Of a stretch of 64,000 nucleotides of DNA, positions 26,667 through 35,830 are shown in pieces (positions within the stretch are counted from its first letter, which is position 1; the number at the start of each line of letters is the position of its first letter). The position numbers and the translations under genes were made by a program. Location: positions 480,001 to 544,000 of the forward strand of contig OY968762.1 in the NCBI GenBank assembly GCA_963695225.1, given 5' to 3'. This stretch comes from Vulcanimicrobiota bacterium. GTDB taxonomy: Bacteria; Vulcanimicrobiota; Vulcanimicrobiia; Vulcanimicrobiales; Vulcanimicrobiaceae. Under the pieces are notes generated by a model. It did not search any database, was not told where the DNA came from, and worked only from the letters and a program-made list of their open reading frames with translations.

Positions 26667-26936
26667 GAGCTTGTCGAAGGGTGGCCTGCCGCCAAGTAAG
26701 CCTTGGGCTTGTTTACGGTGAGCGTGCGGTCCGCACGAGTCCCGTACTTGCAAAGGACCGGCCGAATGCTGCATTATGGAGGCGGTCGGCAGTTCACCAA
26801 GGCATCGCCGCTCCGCGAGGAGAGCTAAACCTGCCGGTACGAAGACGTTCTCGACACACGCTATCCCGTGCCGAGTCGGAAAGACGGCGATCCCCGATAA
26901 CCTCTCTCTAGAGCGGCACGTTCTTGAGGATGAGTG

Positions 26937-27506
26937 ATGTCTAGAACCGTTTTCCCGCTCGTCGTGAGCGATATCTCGGCGCTCGCGCGTTCGTTGAAGC
27001 AGCAGCTCGCTGCGAGCGAAACTGCGCCGCGGCACGTCGAGCTCTTGAATGCGATCGCCCGCTCGGCGGGCTATCGCAATTTCCAGCATTTCCGCGCCCA
27101 GTTCGATGCGCGCGACGCGCTCGAAAATGCTGCGCTTCTCACTATGCCCGCACCTGAACCGGAGCCGATCGACTACGTTCGCTTGAAACGGGTGATCCGC
27201 TACTTCGACGCGCAAGGGCGGCTCACACGCTGGCCCTCGAAGGCGGGGCATCGCGAGCCATGCCTGTGGGTGCTTTGGTCTCGGATCCCCTCCGCGACGG
27301 TGTTCGACGAGCGGCAGATCGACCGGCTGCTGCAAGCAAACCATCTCTTCGGCGACCATTGCTTGCTACGCCGGGAGCTCTTCGGGCTGGGTCTCGTCGC
27401 GCGCACGCCGGACGGCCGCGAATACCGCCGGATCGAACGCAAACCGCCGCCCGACGCGCTCGCGTTGATCCGGCACCTCAAGGCCGCCGCGCAGCGAGCA
27501 GCCTAA
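26937..27506 (+). CDS. DUF2087 family protein
   Basis: DISALARSL, HVELLN..ARSAGYRNFQH, RWPSK, FGDHCLLRREL, RTPDGREYRR. Confidence 0.85.
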   Translation: MSRTVFPLVVSDISALARSLKQQLAASETAPRHVELLNAIARSAGYRNFQHFRAQFDARDALENAALLTMPAPEPEPIDYVRLKRVIRYFDAQGRLTRWPSKAGHREPCLWVLWSRIPSATVFDERQIDRLLQANHLFGDHCLLRRELFGLGLVARTPDGREYRRIERKPPPDALALIRHLKAAAQRAA

Positions 27507-27575
27507 CTCCCGCAGACGAGCGTCGCTGAGCGGCGGGCATGCAGAGACGTGCCTCCCGCAAAGCGAGCCGGCACG

Positions 27576-27689
27576 GGCTTCGACCTAGGCTTCGACAAGC
27601 TCAGCCCTGACAAATCCCCGTCACCCTGACCCCTTGTCGAAGGATGAGCACGCGAGCGAAGTCACGCTTCGACACGCCCGGCGTGACGG
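27576..27689. repeat. Cluster of REP-like palindromic repeats (CTTCGACAAGCTCAG family)
   Basis: GGCTTCGACAAGCTCAGCCCTGACA (27588-27612), CCGTCACCCTGACCCCTTGTCGAAGGA (27618-27644), GCTTCGACACGCCCGGCGTGACGG (27666-27689); related to the repeat split at 26410-26681. Confidence 0.7.
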
Positions 27690-27721
27690 AGCCGCAAGCG
27701 ACCTTCACGTCGGCGAGCGGC

Positions 27722-28822
27722 CTACGATGACACGGGGCGGACGACGTCGTGGGTGCCGAGCGCCCGCCCGCGCAGGTATTGTGGCGCGCAGTAGGCCGTG
27801 CCGCCGAGCGCGTCGGCCGCGTCCCACACGAAGCGCGGATGCCGGATGAAAGCGCGGGCCACGGCGACGGCGTCGCATGCGCCGCCCTCGATCAAGCTCT
27901 CGGCGAAGGCCGGATCGTCGATTCGGCCGACGGCGATCGTGGGGACGCCGGTTGCACGCCGGATCGCGGCGGCAAACTCCGCTTGGTAACCCGGAAAGAT
28001 GTCGATCCGCTGCCGTGGGGAGAGCCCGCCGCCGGAGACGTCGATGAAGTCGCAGCCGAGTCCGCGCAACTCGTGCGCGAACGCGATCGAATCCTCGAGC
28101 GTCCAGCCTCCTTCGACGAAATCCGTCGCACTGATACGGATGCCGAGCGGTTTGTGCTCGGGCCACGCGGCGCGGACGGCGGCGAAGACCTCCAGCGGGA
28201 AGCGCATGCGGTTCGCGCGGCTCCCGCCGTACTCGTCGTCGCGGACGTTGGAGAGCGGCGAGAGGAACTGGTGCAGCAAGTACCCGTGCGCGCCGTGCAG
28301 TTCGACGGCGTCGAGATCGATGCGGGCCGCGCGTTTCGTCGCTTCGACGAACTCGTCGCGCACCGCGTGCATCTCGTCGCGCGAGAGCGCGTGCGGCAGA
28401 TGCCATCCCTCGTCGAACGGCAGGGCCGAAGGCGCGACGGGCGTCCAGGCTTCGGCTCCGCTCGCGGGGCCGAAGCCTTCCCACGGGACCTTGGTAGCCG
28501 CCTTCCGCCCGGCGTGCGCGAGTTGCGTTCCCAACGGCGATGCGCCGTAGTTCCGGTAGAACGCGACGAGGCGCGCCAGCGCAGCTTCGTTTGCGTCCGA
28601 ATACAGGCCGAGGCAGCGATGCGTGATGCGCCCGGCGGCGCTTACGTGCGTCGCCTCGGAGAGCACGAGGCCGGGGCCCGAAACGGCGTATTGGCCGAGG
28701 CTCATCACGTGCCAATCCGTCGCGCACCCGGCGTCGGCGGAATACTGGCACATCGGCGAAACGACGATGCGATTCGCGAGCCGGAGCGAGCGTAGGTCGA
28801 GCGGCGAAAATAGACGTGACAC
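27722..28822 (-). CDS. NADH:flavin oxidoreductase (Old Yellow Enzyme, YqjM/NamA-like)
   Basis: NRIVVSPMCQYS, QLAHAGRK, HGAHGYLLHQFLSPLSN.R.DEYGGS, RISATD. Confidence 0.93.
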   Translation of the reverse strand: MSRLFSPLDLRSLRLANRIVVSPMCQYSADAGCATDWHVMSLGQYAVSGPGLVLSEATHVSAAGRITHRCLGLYSDANEAALARLVAFYRNYGASPLGTQLAHAGRKAATKVPWEGFGPASGAEAWTPVAPSALPFDEGWHLPHALSRDEMHAVRDEFVEATKRAARIDLDAVELHGAHGYLLHQFLSPLSNVRDDEYGGSRANRMRFPLEVFAAVRAAWPEHKPLGIRISATDFVEGGWTLEDSIAFAHELRGLGCDFIDVSGGGLSPRQRIDIFPGYQAEFAAAIRRATGVPTIAVGRIDDPAFAESLIEGGACDAVAVARAFIRHPRFVWDAADALGGTAYCAPQYLRGRALGTHDVVRPVSS

Positions 28823-28905
28823 GCTTGCAAGACGTGCCGAGGGGCTTCCCGGTTGCGCCGAGGGAGGCGTCACCGGGCGCCCCGCGAAACCGACGCCGAC
28901 CCCCT

Positions 28906-28993
28906 GGAGAGGTGGCAGAGTGGTCGAATGCACTCGCTTGGAAAGCGAGCAGACGTGATGAGCGTCTCGGGAGTTCGAATCTCCCCCTCTCCG
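28906..28993 (+). tRNA. tRNA-Ser(GGA)
   Basis: Acceptor GGAGAGG/CCTCTCC, anticodon arm CTCGC-TTGGAAA-GCGAG, long variable arm, GTTCGAATC; CCA not encoded. Confidence 0.95.
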
Positions 28994-29069
28994 AAGTCGC
29001 GCGCGCTCGCCAAGAGCGACGCCCCTGCCCCGTCAACCTGTTCCCGTCGCCGCTCGACCCACCGGGAAC

Positions 29070-30038
29070 CTATGCGGGGACGAGTTCCGGCGCGACGACC
29101 GTCGATTCCAACTCGGCGAAGACCGGGTTCGAGAGATACCGTTCGCCCGTGTCGCAGCCGATCGTCACGATCGTCTTGCCGGCGAATTCGGGGCGTGCGG
29201 CGAGTTGTAATGCGGCCCAGATGTTCGCGCCGGCGGAGATGCCGACGAGCAACCCTTCCTCGCGCGCGGCGCGCCGCGCCGTCGCGATCGCGTCTTCGTT
29301 CGTCACGCGGACGATCTCGTCGTAGATCTTCGTGTTGAGCACGTCGGGGACGAAGCCGGCGCCCGTGCCCTGGATCTTGTGCGGGCCGGGCTTCCCGCCG
29401 GAGAGGACGGGCGAGGCATCCGGCTCGACGGCGACGACGTAGAAACCGGGCTTGCGCGCCTTGATGACCTCGCCGACTCCGGTTACCGTTCCGCCGGTGC
29501 CGACCGCGGAGACGAGCGCATCGACGTTGCCGTCCGTATCGTTCCAGATCTCCTCGGCCGTCGCGCGCCTGTGGATCTCCGGGTTCGCCGGATTCTTGAA
29601 CTGCTGCGGCACGAAGTATTTCGCCGGGTCGCTCGCACGGATTTCTTCGGCGCGGCGGATCGCGCCGGGCATCCCTTCGGCGCCCGGTGTCAGCACGAGC
29701 TGCGCGCCGTAGGCCTTGAGCAGGTTGCGCCGTTCGATCGTCATCGTGTCGGGCATCGTGAGGAGGATCGGATACCCTTTCGCCGCCGCGACGAACGCGA
29801 GCGCGATCCCGGTGTTTCCGCTCGTCGGTTCGAGGATCACGGTCCCGGGGCTGAGCTTTCCGTCGCGCTCGGCGGCCTCGATCAACGACAGGCCGATGCG
29901 GTCCTTCACGCTCCCCGCGGGATTGAACGATTCCAATTTCACCAGCACCGTTCCGGCGATGCCCTTATTGAGCCGCGGGATCTTGACCAGCGGCGTCTTG
30001 CCGATCGTCTCGGCCAGGTTCTCGAATATGCGTGCCAT
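29070..30038 (-). CDS. cysK: Cysteine synthase A
   Basis: NPAGSVKDR (PLP Lys), [34 protein letters not shown]. Confidence 0.96.
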   Translation of the reverse strand: MARIFENLAETIGKTPLVKIPRLNKGIAGTVLVKLESFNPAGSVKDRIGLSLIEAAERDGKLSPGTVILEPTSGNTGIALAFVAAAKGYPILLTMPDTMTIERRNLLKAYGAQLVLTPGAEGMPGAIRRAEEIRASDPAKYFVPQQFKNPANPEIHRRATAEEIWNDTDGNVDALVSAVGTGGTVTGVGEVIKARKPGFYVVAVEPDASPVLSGGKPGPHKIQGTGAGFVPDVLNTKIYDEIVRVTNEDAIATARRAAREEGLLVGISAGANIWAALQLAARPEFAGKTIVTIGCDTGERYLSNPVFAELESTVVAPELVPA

Positions 30039-30052
30039 GCGTCTCCCGTTTA

Positions 30053-30090
30053 GAAAAAGAAAAAACCCCCTGCCGCTCGGCAGAAGGTTC
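30053..30090 (-). terminator. Intrinsic terminator (attenuator) just upstream of cysK
   Basis: Minus strand AACCTTCTGCC-GAGC-GGCAGGGGGTT followed by a T-rich tract (TTTTCTTTTT). Confidence 0.85.
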
Positions 30091-30119
30091 GTGCGTGCGA
30101 TGATCGATGCCCTTACGAG

Positions 30120-30194
30120 TTACGCGCGCGAAACCTCCCCCCGAACGAGTGAGGGTCCACAACAGCAGCGCGAGGCCGTTACGGGGCAGAGCAT
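30120..30194 (-). CDS. Cys-rich leader peptide of cysK, MLCPVTASRCCCGPSLVRGEVSRA
   Basis: 24-aa ORF with TGC-TGT-TGT between a promoter and a terminator; 3' part complementary to the terminator left arm. Confidence 0.8.
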   Translation of the reverse strand: MLCPVTASRCCCGPSLVRGEVSRA

Positions 30195-30201
30195 CCGGTT
30201 G

Positions 30202-30231
30202 AGGCTAGCACTCCCTTCGTGACGCCGTCAA
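30202..30231 (-). promoter_or_regulatory. Sigma70-type promoter of the cysK leader
   Basis: TTGACG-18 nt-TAGCCT with extended TG; ATG begins after a 7-nt gap from the -10. Confidence 0.65.
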
Positions 30232-30270
30232 GTAGAAGCACGCGCGGCATAGGAGCACCTGCGGCCGAAC

Positions 30271-31032
30271 CTAGGCGCGAGTCGGGGAGAGAGCAGGCAT
30301 CGCCGCCCGTGTTGCGCCCGGTGCCGGCGCGGTGCTCGGTGCGGCCGTGGGGCTTGGCGCGGGGGAGCCGCGTCCGCCCGTCGACTGCGTCGCGGCCGGA
30401 GCCGGTCTCGCGGTCGTTGCGGGTATTGAGGGCGTTGCGGGTATTGAGGGCGTTGCGGGTATTGAGGGTGTTGCGGGCGCGACGGGCGTGACGGGCGCCG
30501 AGGGAGCGGCCGTCGCCGGGGCGGCCGTCGCCGGAGCCGGCGTCGGCGGAGCTGCGACGAGTTGATCGTGCGCGGTGACGATCAGCCATTCGCCTTGCTC
30601 CTTTTGCGCGACCCACGACGATAGGCCGTACTGCATCTTTTCCCAATGCGGGAGCGTCGCGCGGAGGACCCACCAGCGGACGTCGAGCGCGGCGAGCGTC
30701 GGGCTCAGCGGGCGCACGTCGATGCGCACGAAATGGATCTCGGAATCCTTCAAGCCGCCGGCGAACGCCGCGCGCGCGGCCGCCTCGATCTGCACGCGCC
30801 CGCGCGTGCTGAGGCCGGTGCTGTCCGTGGCCTCGGCGTCCTCGCTGAAGACGCGGGCGAGCGCGCCCGGATCGTGCCGGTTCCACGCCGCGAAGTAGCG
30901 CTCGACGAACAGCGTGAACGTGACGGCCGAATCGCCGGCCGGCTGCGCCCCGCGCGCGCGCGCCTCGCCGCCGAGCCCGCCGGCGAGCGCGAACGCGAGG
31001 ACGAACGCGAGCGTGCGGAAGGCGCGCTTCAG
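30271..31032 (-). CDS. Secreted SnoaL/NTF2-like (DUF4440-type) protein with Pro/Ala/Thr-rich tail
   Basis: Signal peptide KRAFRTLAFVLAF, AAWNRHD...FSEDA, RGR.QIE, GEWLIVTAH; start uncertain (CTG proposed). Confidence 0.75.
   Translation of the reverse strand: MKRAFRTLAFVLAFALAGGLGGEARARGAQPAGDSAVTFTLFVERYFAAWNRHDPGALARVFSEDAEATDSTGLSTRGRVQIEAAARAAFAGGLKDSEIHFVRIDVRPLSPTLAALDVRWWVLRATLPHWEKMQYGLSSWVAQKEQGEWLIVTAHDQLVAAPPTPAPATAAPATAAPSAPVTPVAPATPSIPATPSIPATPSIPATTARPAPAATQSTGGRGSPAPSPTAAPSTAPAPGATRAAMPALSPTRA
30416..30477. repeat. 18-bp coding tandem repeat, about 3.4 copies (PATPSI)
   Basis: GTTGCGGGTATTGAGGGC units at 30416, 30434, 30452. Confidence 0.9.
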
Positions 31033-31910
31033 ATGGCGGTCGGATGCCAGAGCGTCTTGAGTTCCGTGAAGCACGTGACGTCGTCGAGGCTGCACGTCTC
31101 CGGGGAGAACCACGCCGTGCGCACGAGCGTTTCGCGCAAGCGCGTCCGCTTCAGGTTCTCCGCCCCCATCCGCTCGATTTCGGCGCTGAAGGACGGATCG
31201 AGACCGGCCGCGTCGAGCGCGTCGACATCCATGTGCCGCGCCAGGTGCGGCGCCAGCTCGATACGCTTGCCGGTGAGCAGGTTAACGGCCCCGGGCGGGA
31301 GATCGCACGTCGCCAAGCACTCCGCGAACGCAACTGCGGTGAACGGGTCCGTCTCGGAGGCGATGACGACGACCGTGTTTCCGGCGACGAGCGGCGGGAC
31401 GACGGTCGAGACCAGGCCGAGCAGGCCCGGCGAGTCCGGCGCGACGACGCCGACCACTCCGACCGGCTCCGGCGTCGAGAGGCTCAGGTACGGACCGGCG
31501 ACGGGATTCCGCGAGGAGACGAGGGCCGCGTACTTGTCGCACCAGCCGGCGAACCAGACGGTCCGGTCGATGGCCGTATCGACCTCGCGCATGCCCTCGG
31601 CTTCGCTCTCGCCCGCCGCCCGCAAGCGCGCGCAGAGGTGCTCCCGCTGCGATTCGATCATCTCGGCGAGCCGGTAGAGGACGAGGCCGCGGCCCGCGGC
31701 GTCCGCCCGCGACCAGTGCGGGAACGCTGCGCGCGCCGCGACCACGGCGTCGCGAAGATCCTTGCGCGAGGCGCGCGCGACGTTGACGGAGCCGAGCGGC
31801 GTCTCGAATGCATCGCTGCGCGCAGATTCCGACCGCACGAACGCTCCGTTCACGAAGAGCTTGTGCATCTTTCGGACTTCGAGCCGCAGGGGCTCGCGAT
31901 GCTTGGGCAT
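31029..31910 (-). CDS. Short aldehyde-dehydrogenase-like subunit (ALDH16 C-terminal-half type, no catalytic domain)
   Basis: KLFVNGAFVRSES, SRKDLRDAV.AAR, PEPVGVVG, AENLKR, ELKTLWHP; GGAGG RBS. Confidence 0.85.
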   Translation of the reverse strand: MPKHREPLRLEVRKMHKLFVNGAFVRSESARSDAFETPLGSVNVARASRKDLRDAVVAARAAFPHWSRADAAGRGLVLYRLAEMIESQREHLCARLRAAGESEAEGMREVDTAIDRTVWFAGWCDKYAALVSSRNPVAGPYLSLSTPEPVGVVGVVAPDSPGLLGLVSTVVPPLVAGNTVVVIASETDPFTAVAFAECLATCDLPPGAVNLLTGKRIELAPHLARHMDVDALDAAGLDPSFSAEIERMGAENLKRTRLRETLVRTAWFSPETCSLDDVTCFTELKTLWHPTAI

Positions 31911-32034
31911 GGGCCTCCCTACGACGTCGCGCGGGAACGAACCTCGAAACGCGTTGTTTGTTCGTCGCAAGCGAGGAAACGCGTTCCGTACGGGCCAAGC
32001 GCCCGACATGGGGAACGCGGGCACGGAGGGCGGC

Positions 32035-34134
32035 GTGCCGCGCCGCGTGCGCGTCGGCATCGACGTCGGTGGGACGTTCACGGATCTCGTCGCGCTCGAC
32101 GAAGGTTCGGGCGCTTTGCTGCGGACGAAGGTGCCCTCGACGCCCCGTGCGCCGGAGGTCGGCGTGCTCGCCGCTCTCTCGCAGCTGCTCGAAGGGGTCG
32201 CACCCGCCGAGATCTCGCTGCTCTCCCATTCGAGCACGATCGCGACGAACGCGCTGCTCGGGCAGATGCATCTGGATCTCCCGCGCATCGCGCTCCTGAC
32301 GACGGCGGGTTTCCGCGATGTCCTGGAGATCGGGCGCCAGAACCGCAGCGAGGTCTACAATTTGCTCGTGACGCGGCCGCGGCCGCTCGTCGAACGCCGG
32401 CTCCGGCTCGGCGTACTGGAACGCACCGATCCGTTCGGGGCGGTCGTCGTCGCGCTCGAAGCGACGGAGCTCGCGCGGATCGTCGCCGAAGTCGAGCGCC
32501 TCGGGGTCGAAGGCGTTGCGGTCGCCTATTTGCACGCCTACGCGAACCCGCTCCACGAGCGCGCCACGCGCACAGCGCTGCACGCGCGCATGCCCCATCT
32601 CGACGTCACGCTTTCGAGCGATGTCGACCCGGAGTATCGCGAGTACGAGCGCACGAGCACGACGGTCGTCAACGCGCTCTTGCGCCCGCTGGTTCGCGGG
32701 TATCTCGCACGTCTTTCGCTGGAGACGCGGTCGCGCGGAATCGAGGCGCCGATCTACGTGATGCAGTCGAGCGGCGGAATGGCCGCCCTCGATCTCGTCG
32801 CGGAACGTCCGGCGACGATGCTCGAAAGCGGGCCCGCCTCCGGCGCCATCGCCGCGGCCTACGTCGGGCGCGCGCTCGGAATCGAGAACGTCCTCTCGTT
32901 CGATATGGGCGGGACGACCGCGAAGGCCGGCACGATCGTCGGCGGCGAACCCGTCGTCGCTTACGAGTTCGAAGCCGCGGGGCGAACGCACTCGGGCCGC
33001 CCCGTCAAGGGATCCGGCTACCCGGTCCGCTTTCCGTTCGTCGACCTCGCCGAAGCGAGCGCCGGCGGCGGGACGATCGCGTTCGTCGACGAGGGCGGCG
33101 CGTTGCGCGTAGGCCCGCTCTCCGCCGGTGCGGATCCGGGGCCTGCCGCGTACGGCCGAGGGCGCGACGCGACCGTGACGGACGCAAACCTCGTGCTGGG
33201 CCGCCTCGGCTCGGGGGCGCTCCTCGGCGGCGCGATGCAACTCGACGTCGCGCGCGCGAAGAAGGCGCTCGGGCGCTTGCGGCGCCGCCTCCCCGGGCTC
33301 GATCTCGACCGCCTCGCCGCAGGAATCGTCCGCATCGTCGATAGCGAGATGGCGAAGATCTTGCGCATCGTGACGGTCGAGCGCGGACTCGATCCGCGCG
33401 ACTTCACGTTGATGGCGTTCGGCGGCTGCGGTCCGCTGCATGCGTGTTCGCTCGCCGTCGAATTGAGCGTTCCTCGGATCGTGATCCCGCTCGATCCGGG
33501 CCTGTTTTCGGCGTTCGGTTTGCTCGCCGCGGACCTGCGCTCCAGTTCCGTCCGCACGTTCGTCGCGAGCGCGGAACTCGTCGATCCCGCCGAAATCGAA
33601 GCCGCGTTCCGGGTCATGGAGGTCGACGGGCGGCAGGATCTCACGCAGCAAGGCGTCGCGCGCGGTTCGATCGCGTTCGAGCGGACCCTCGACATGCGCT
33701 ATCTCGGGCAAAGCTTCGAGCTCTCGATACCCACGCCGAAACGCTTCGATCTCGGTGCTCGTTCGGAAGCGCTCGCGCGGTTCCACGAGAAGCACGCTCT
33801 CGCGTACGGTTATTCCTCGCCGGAAGCCCCCGTCGAGATCGTCGCGGCGCGCTCGACGGCGACCGGCAAGCTGCCCAAGCCCGAACTCGGGCGGCTGAAG
33901 GCGCGCGGCGGGGCGCCCCCCCCCGAGCGCGCCCTCGTCGAACGGCGCAGCGTCTACGCGAGCGAGGCGGGGCGCGTCATCGTCCCCGTCTACGCGCGCG
34001 CGGAACTCGAGGCGGGGAACCGCCTAGCGGGCCCCGCGCTCGTCGAGCAATACGATACGTGCACGTTCGTTGCGCCGGGCTGGACGGGGAGCGTCGACGA
34101 CTTCGGCAACCTGCGGCTGGAGCGCTGCCGGTGA
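32035..34134 (+). CDS. Hydantoinase/5-oxoprolinase subunit A
   Basis: GIDVGGTFTD, EYREYER, ESGPASG, DMGGTT, GPLSAGADPGPA.YG, TVTDA. Confidence 0.93.
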   Translation: MPRRVRVGIDVGGTFTDLVALDEGSGALLRTKVPSTPRAPEVGVLAALSQLLEGVAPAEISLLSHSSTIATNALLGQMHLDLPRIALLTTAGFRDVLEIGRQNRSEVYNLLVTRPRPLVERRLRLGVLERTDPFGAVVVALEATELARIVAEVERLGVEGVAVAYLHAYANPLHERATRTALHARMPHLDVTLSSDVDPEYREYERTSTTVVNALLRPLVRGYLARLSLETRSRGIEAPIYVMQSSGGMAALDLVAERPATMLESGPASGAIAAAYVGRALGIENVLSFDMGGTTAKAGTIVGGEPVVAYEFEAAGRTHSGRPVKGSGYPVRFPFVDLAEASAGGGTIAFVDEGGALRVGPLSAGADPGPAAYGRGRDATVTDANLVLGRLGSGALLGGAMQLDVARAKKALGRLRRRLPGLDLDRLAAGIVRIVDSEMAKILRIVTVERGLDPRDFTLMAFGGCGPLHACSLAVELSVPRIVIPLDPGLFSAFGLLAADLRSSSVRTFVASAELVDPAEIEAAFRVMEVDGRQDLTQQGVARGSIAFERTLDMRYLGQSFELSIPTPKRFDLGARSEALARFHEKHALAYGYSSPEAPVEIVAARSTATGKLPKPELGRLKARGGAPPPERALVERRSVYASEAGRVIVPVYARAELEAGNRLAGPALVEQYDTCTFVAPGWTGSVDDFGNLRLERCR

Positions 34135-35822
34135 ACGTACCGAGCCCGGTTGCCTGCGGACCAGTCGATCCGATCACGAGCGAGGTGATCAAGACCGCGT
34201 TGATCTACGCGAGCGAAGAGATGGGGATCGCCGTGCGCAACGCGGCGCACTCGCCGAACATCAGAGAGCGGCTCGATCATTCGTGCGCGCTGTTCGATCG
34301 AAGCGGGCGTTTGATCGCGCAGGCCGAGCACATTCCCGTCCATCTCGGCTCGTTGCCGTGGGGGCTCGCGCAAACGCTCACGGTCCTCGCGGAGCGCGGA
34401 ACGGCCCCGGAGCCGGGGGAGATGTGGGTCGTCAACGATCCGTACGTCGCCGGGACGCACCTCAACGACATCACGGTGATCCGCCCGGTCTTCGCCGAGG
34501 AGGGCGGCGTCTTGCGGCTCGCGGGTTATGCCGCGAACAAGGCGCATCACGCCGACGTGGGAGGCAGCGTGCCGGGGTCCATTTCGCCGGATGCGCGGGA
34601 GTTGTGCGTCGAGGGGCTCGTCATTCCCCCGGTGCGCTTGATGCGGCACGACGAGGTCTGCCGGGAAACCGTCGAGTTGATTCGCGCGAACTCGCGTACG
34701 CCGCAAGCGCGCAGCGGCGATCTGCTCGCGCAGATCGCGGGGAACGTGACGGGCGAACGCCGGCTGTTGGAGGCGATCGCGCGCTACGGCCTCGCGACGT
34801 TCGAAGCGGCGATCGAGCGCATCCTCGACGAGAGCGAGCGGCGCATGCGGGCCGCGTTACGCGCTTTCGGCGAGCGCGAGGTCGAGGCTCGCGACGTGCT
34901 CGAACCGCCCGGCGGCGGGCCGCTCTTGGAGATCGTCGCGCGCGTTCGCGCTTCCGACGGCACGCTTGACGTGGACTACGCCGGGACGAGCCCACAGGTC
35001 GAGTATCCGCTCAACGCGGTCTTCGGCGTCACGCTCTCGGCGGTTCACTACGCGATCCGCGCCGCGACCGACGCGACGATCCCGATGAACGACGGGTGTT
35101 TTCGCCCGGTGCGCGTGAGCGCGCCGCTCGGATCGATCCTCAATCCCCGGCGCCCTGCGCCGGTGGGCGGCGGGAACGTAGAGACCTCGGCGCGCAACTG
35201 CGACGTGATGCTGCGCGCGTTCGCGCTGCTCGCGCCGGGCCGCATCCCCGCGCTCTCGAGCGGAACGATGGCGAACGTGATGCTCGGCGGGACCGCGCTC
35301 GAGGGAATGCCGTGGGCGTTCTACGAGACGATCGGCGGGGGGATGGGTGCGCGGCCTTCCGCCGACGGGATCGACGGCATCCACACGCACATGACGAACA
35401 CGCTCAACACGCCGGTCGAAGCGCTGGAACGCTATTACCCGATCCGCATGACGCGGTACGAATTCGCGCCGTACACGGGCGGCGCCGGACGCTTCCGGGG
35501 CGGTTGCGGGCTCGTGCGCAGCTTCACGCTGCTGACGGGCCGCGCCACGATTTCGCTCCTCGCCGAGCGCGCGCGAATCGCGCCGAGCGGAGCGCAGGGC
35601 GGGGGCGACGGCGCGCCGGGCGAACACGCGTTGCGCCGGAACGGCAAACTGAAGAAGCTTCCCGCAAAGACGACGTTGCGCATCGAAGCCGGCGACGAAG
35701 TGATCGTGCAAACGCCGGGCGGGGGCGGATACGGGGACCCGCTCGAACGCAAGCGCAAAGCGAAGGGCGCGGATCGCGCGAGCGGGCTCGTGCGGCGGCG
35801 CCGCCCCAAGCGCGACGCGTAG
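34131..35822 (+). CDS. Hydantoinase/5-oxoprolinase subunit B
   Basis: SPNIRERLDHSCA, IPVHLGS, NDPY..GTHLND, HHADVGG, NTPVEALE, TPGGGGYG; GTGA overlap. Confidence 0.93.
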   Translation: MNVPSPVACGPVDPITSEVIKTALIYASEEMGIAVRNAAHSPNIRERLDHSCALFDRSGRLIAQAEHIPVHLGSLPWGLAQTLTVLAERGTAPEPGEMWVVNDPYVAGTHLNDITVIRPVFAEEGGVLRLAGYAANKAHHADVGGSVPGSISPDARELCVEGLVIPPVRLMRHDEVCRETVELIRANSRTPQARSGDLLAQIAGNVTGERRLLEAIARYGLATFEAAIERILDESERRMRAALRAFGEREVEARDVLEPPGGGPLLEIVARVRASDGTLDVDYAGTSPQVEYPLNAVFGVTLSAVHYAIRAATDATIPMNDGCFRPVRVSAPLGSILNPRRPAPVGGGNVETSARNCDVMLRAFALLAPGRIPALSSGTMANVMLGGTALEGMPWAFYETIGGGMGARPSADGIDGIHTHMTNTLNTPVEALERYYPIRMTRYEFAPYTGGAGRFRGGCGLVRSFTLLTGRATISLLAERARIAPSGAQGGGDGAPGEHALRRNGKLKKLPAKTTLRIEAGDEVIVQTPGGGGYGDPLERKRKAKGADRASGLVRRRRPKRDA

Positions 35823-35830
35823 CGGCCGCG

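Noticed and set aside
26439..26911. Track ORFs 26439-26699 and 26681-26911
   Set aside because: Not recognisable proteins; the meaningful frame is the IS110 fragment at 26470-26649
30416..30477. Short direct repeats as a CRISPR array (also 52654-52689 and 7119-7307)
   Set aside because: No spacers, unit lengths are multiples of three inside coding regions, no cas genes
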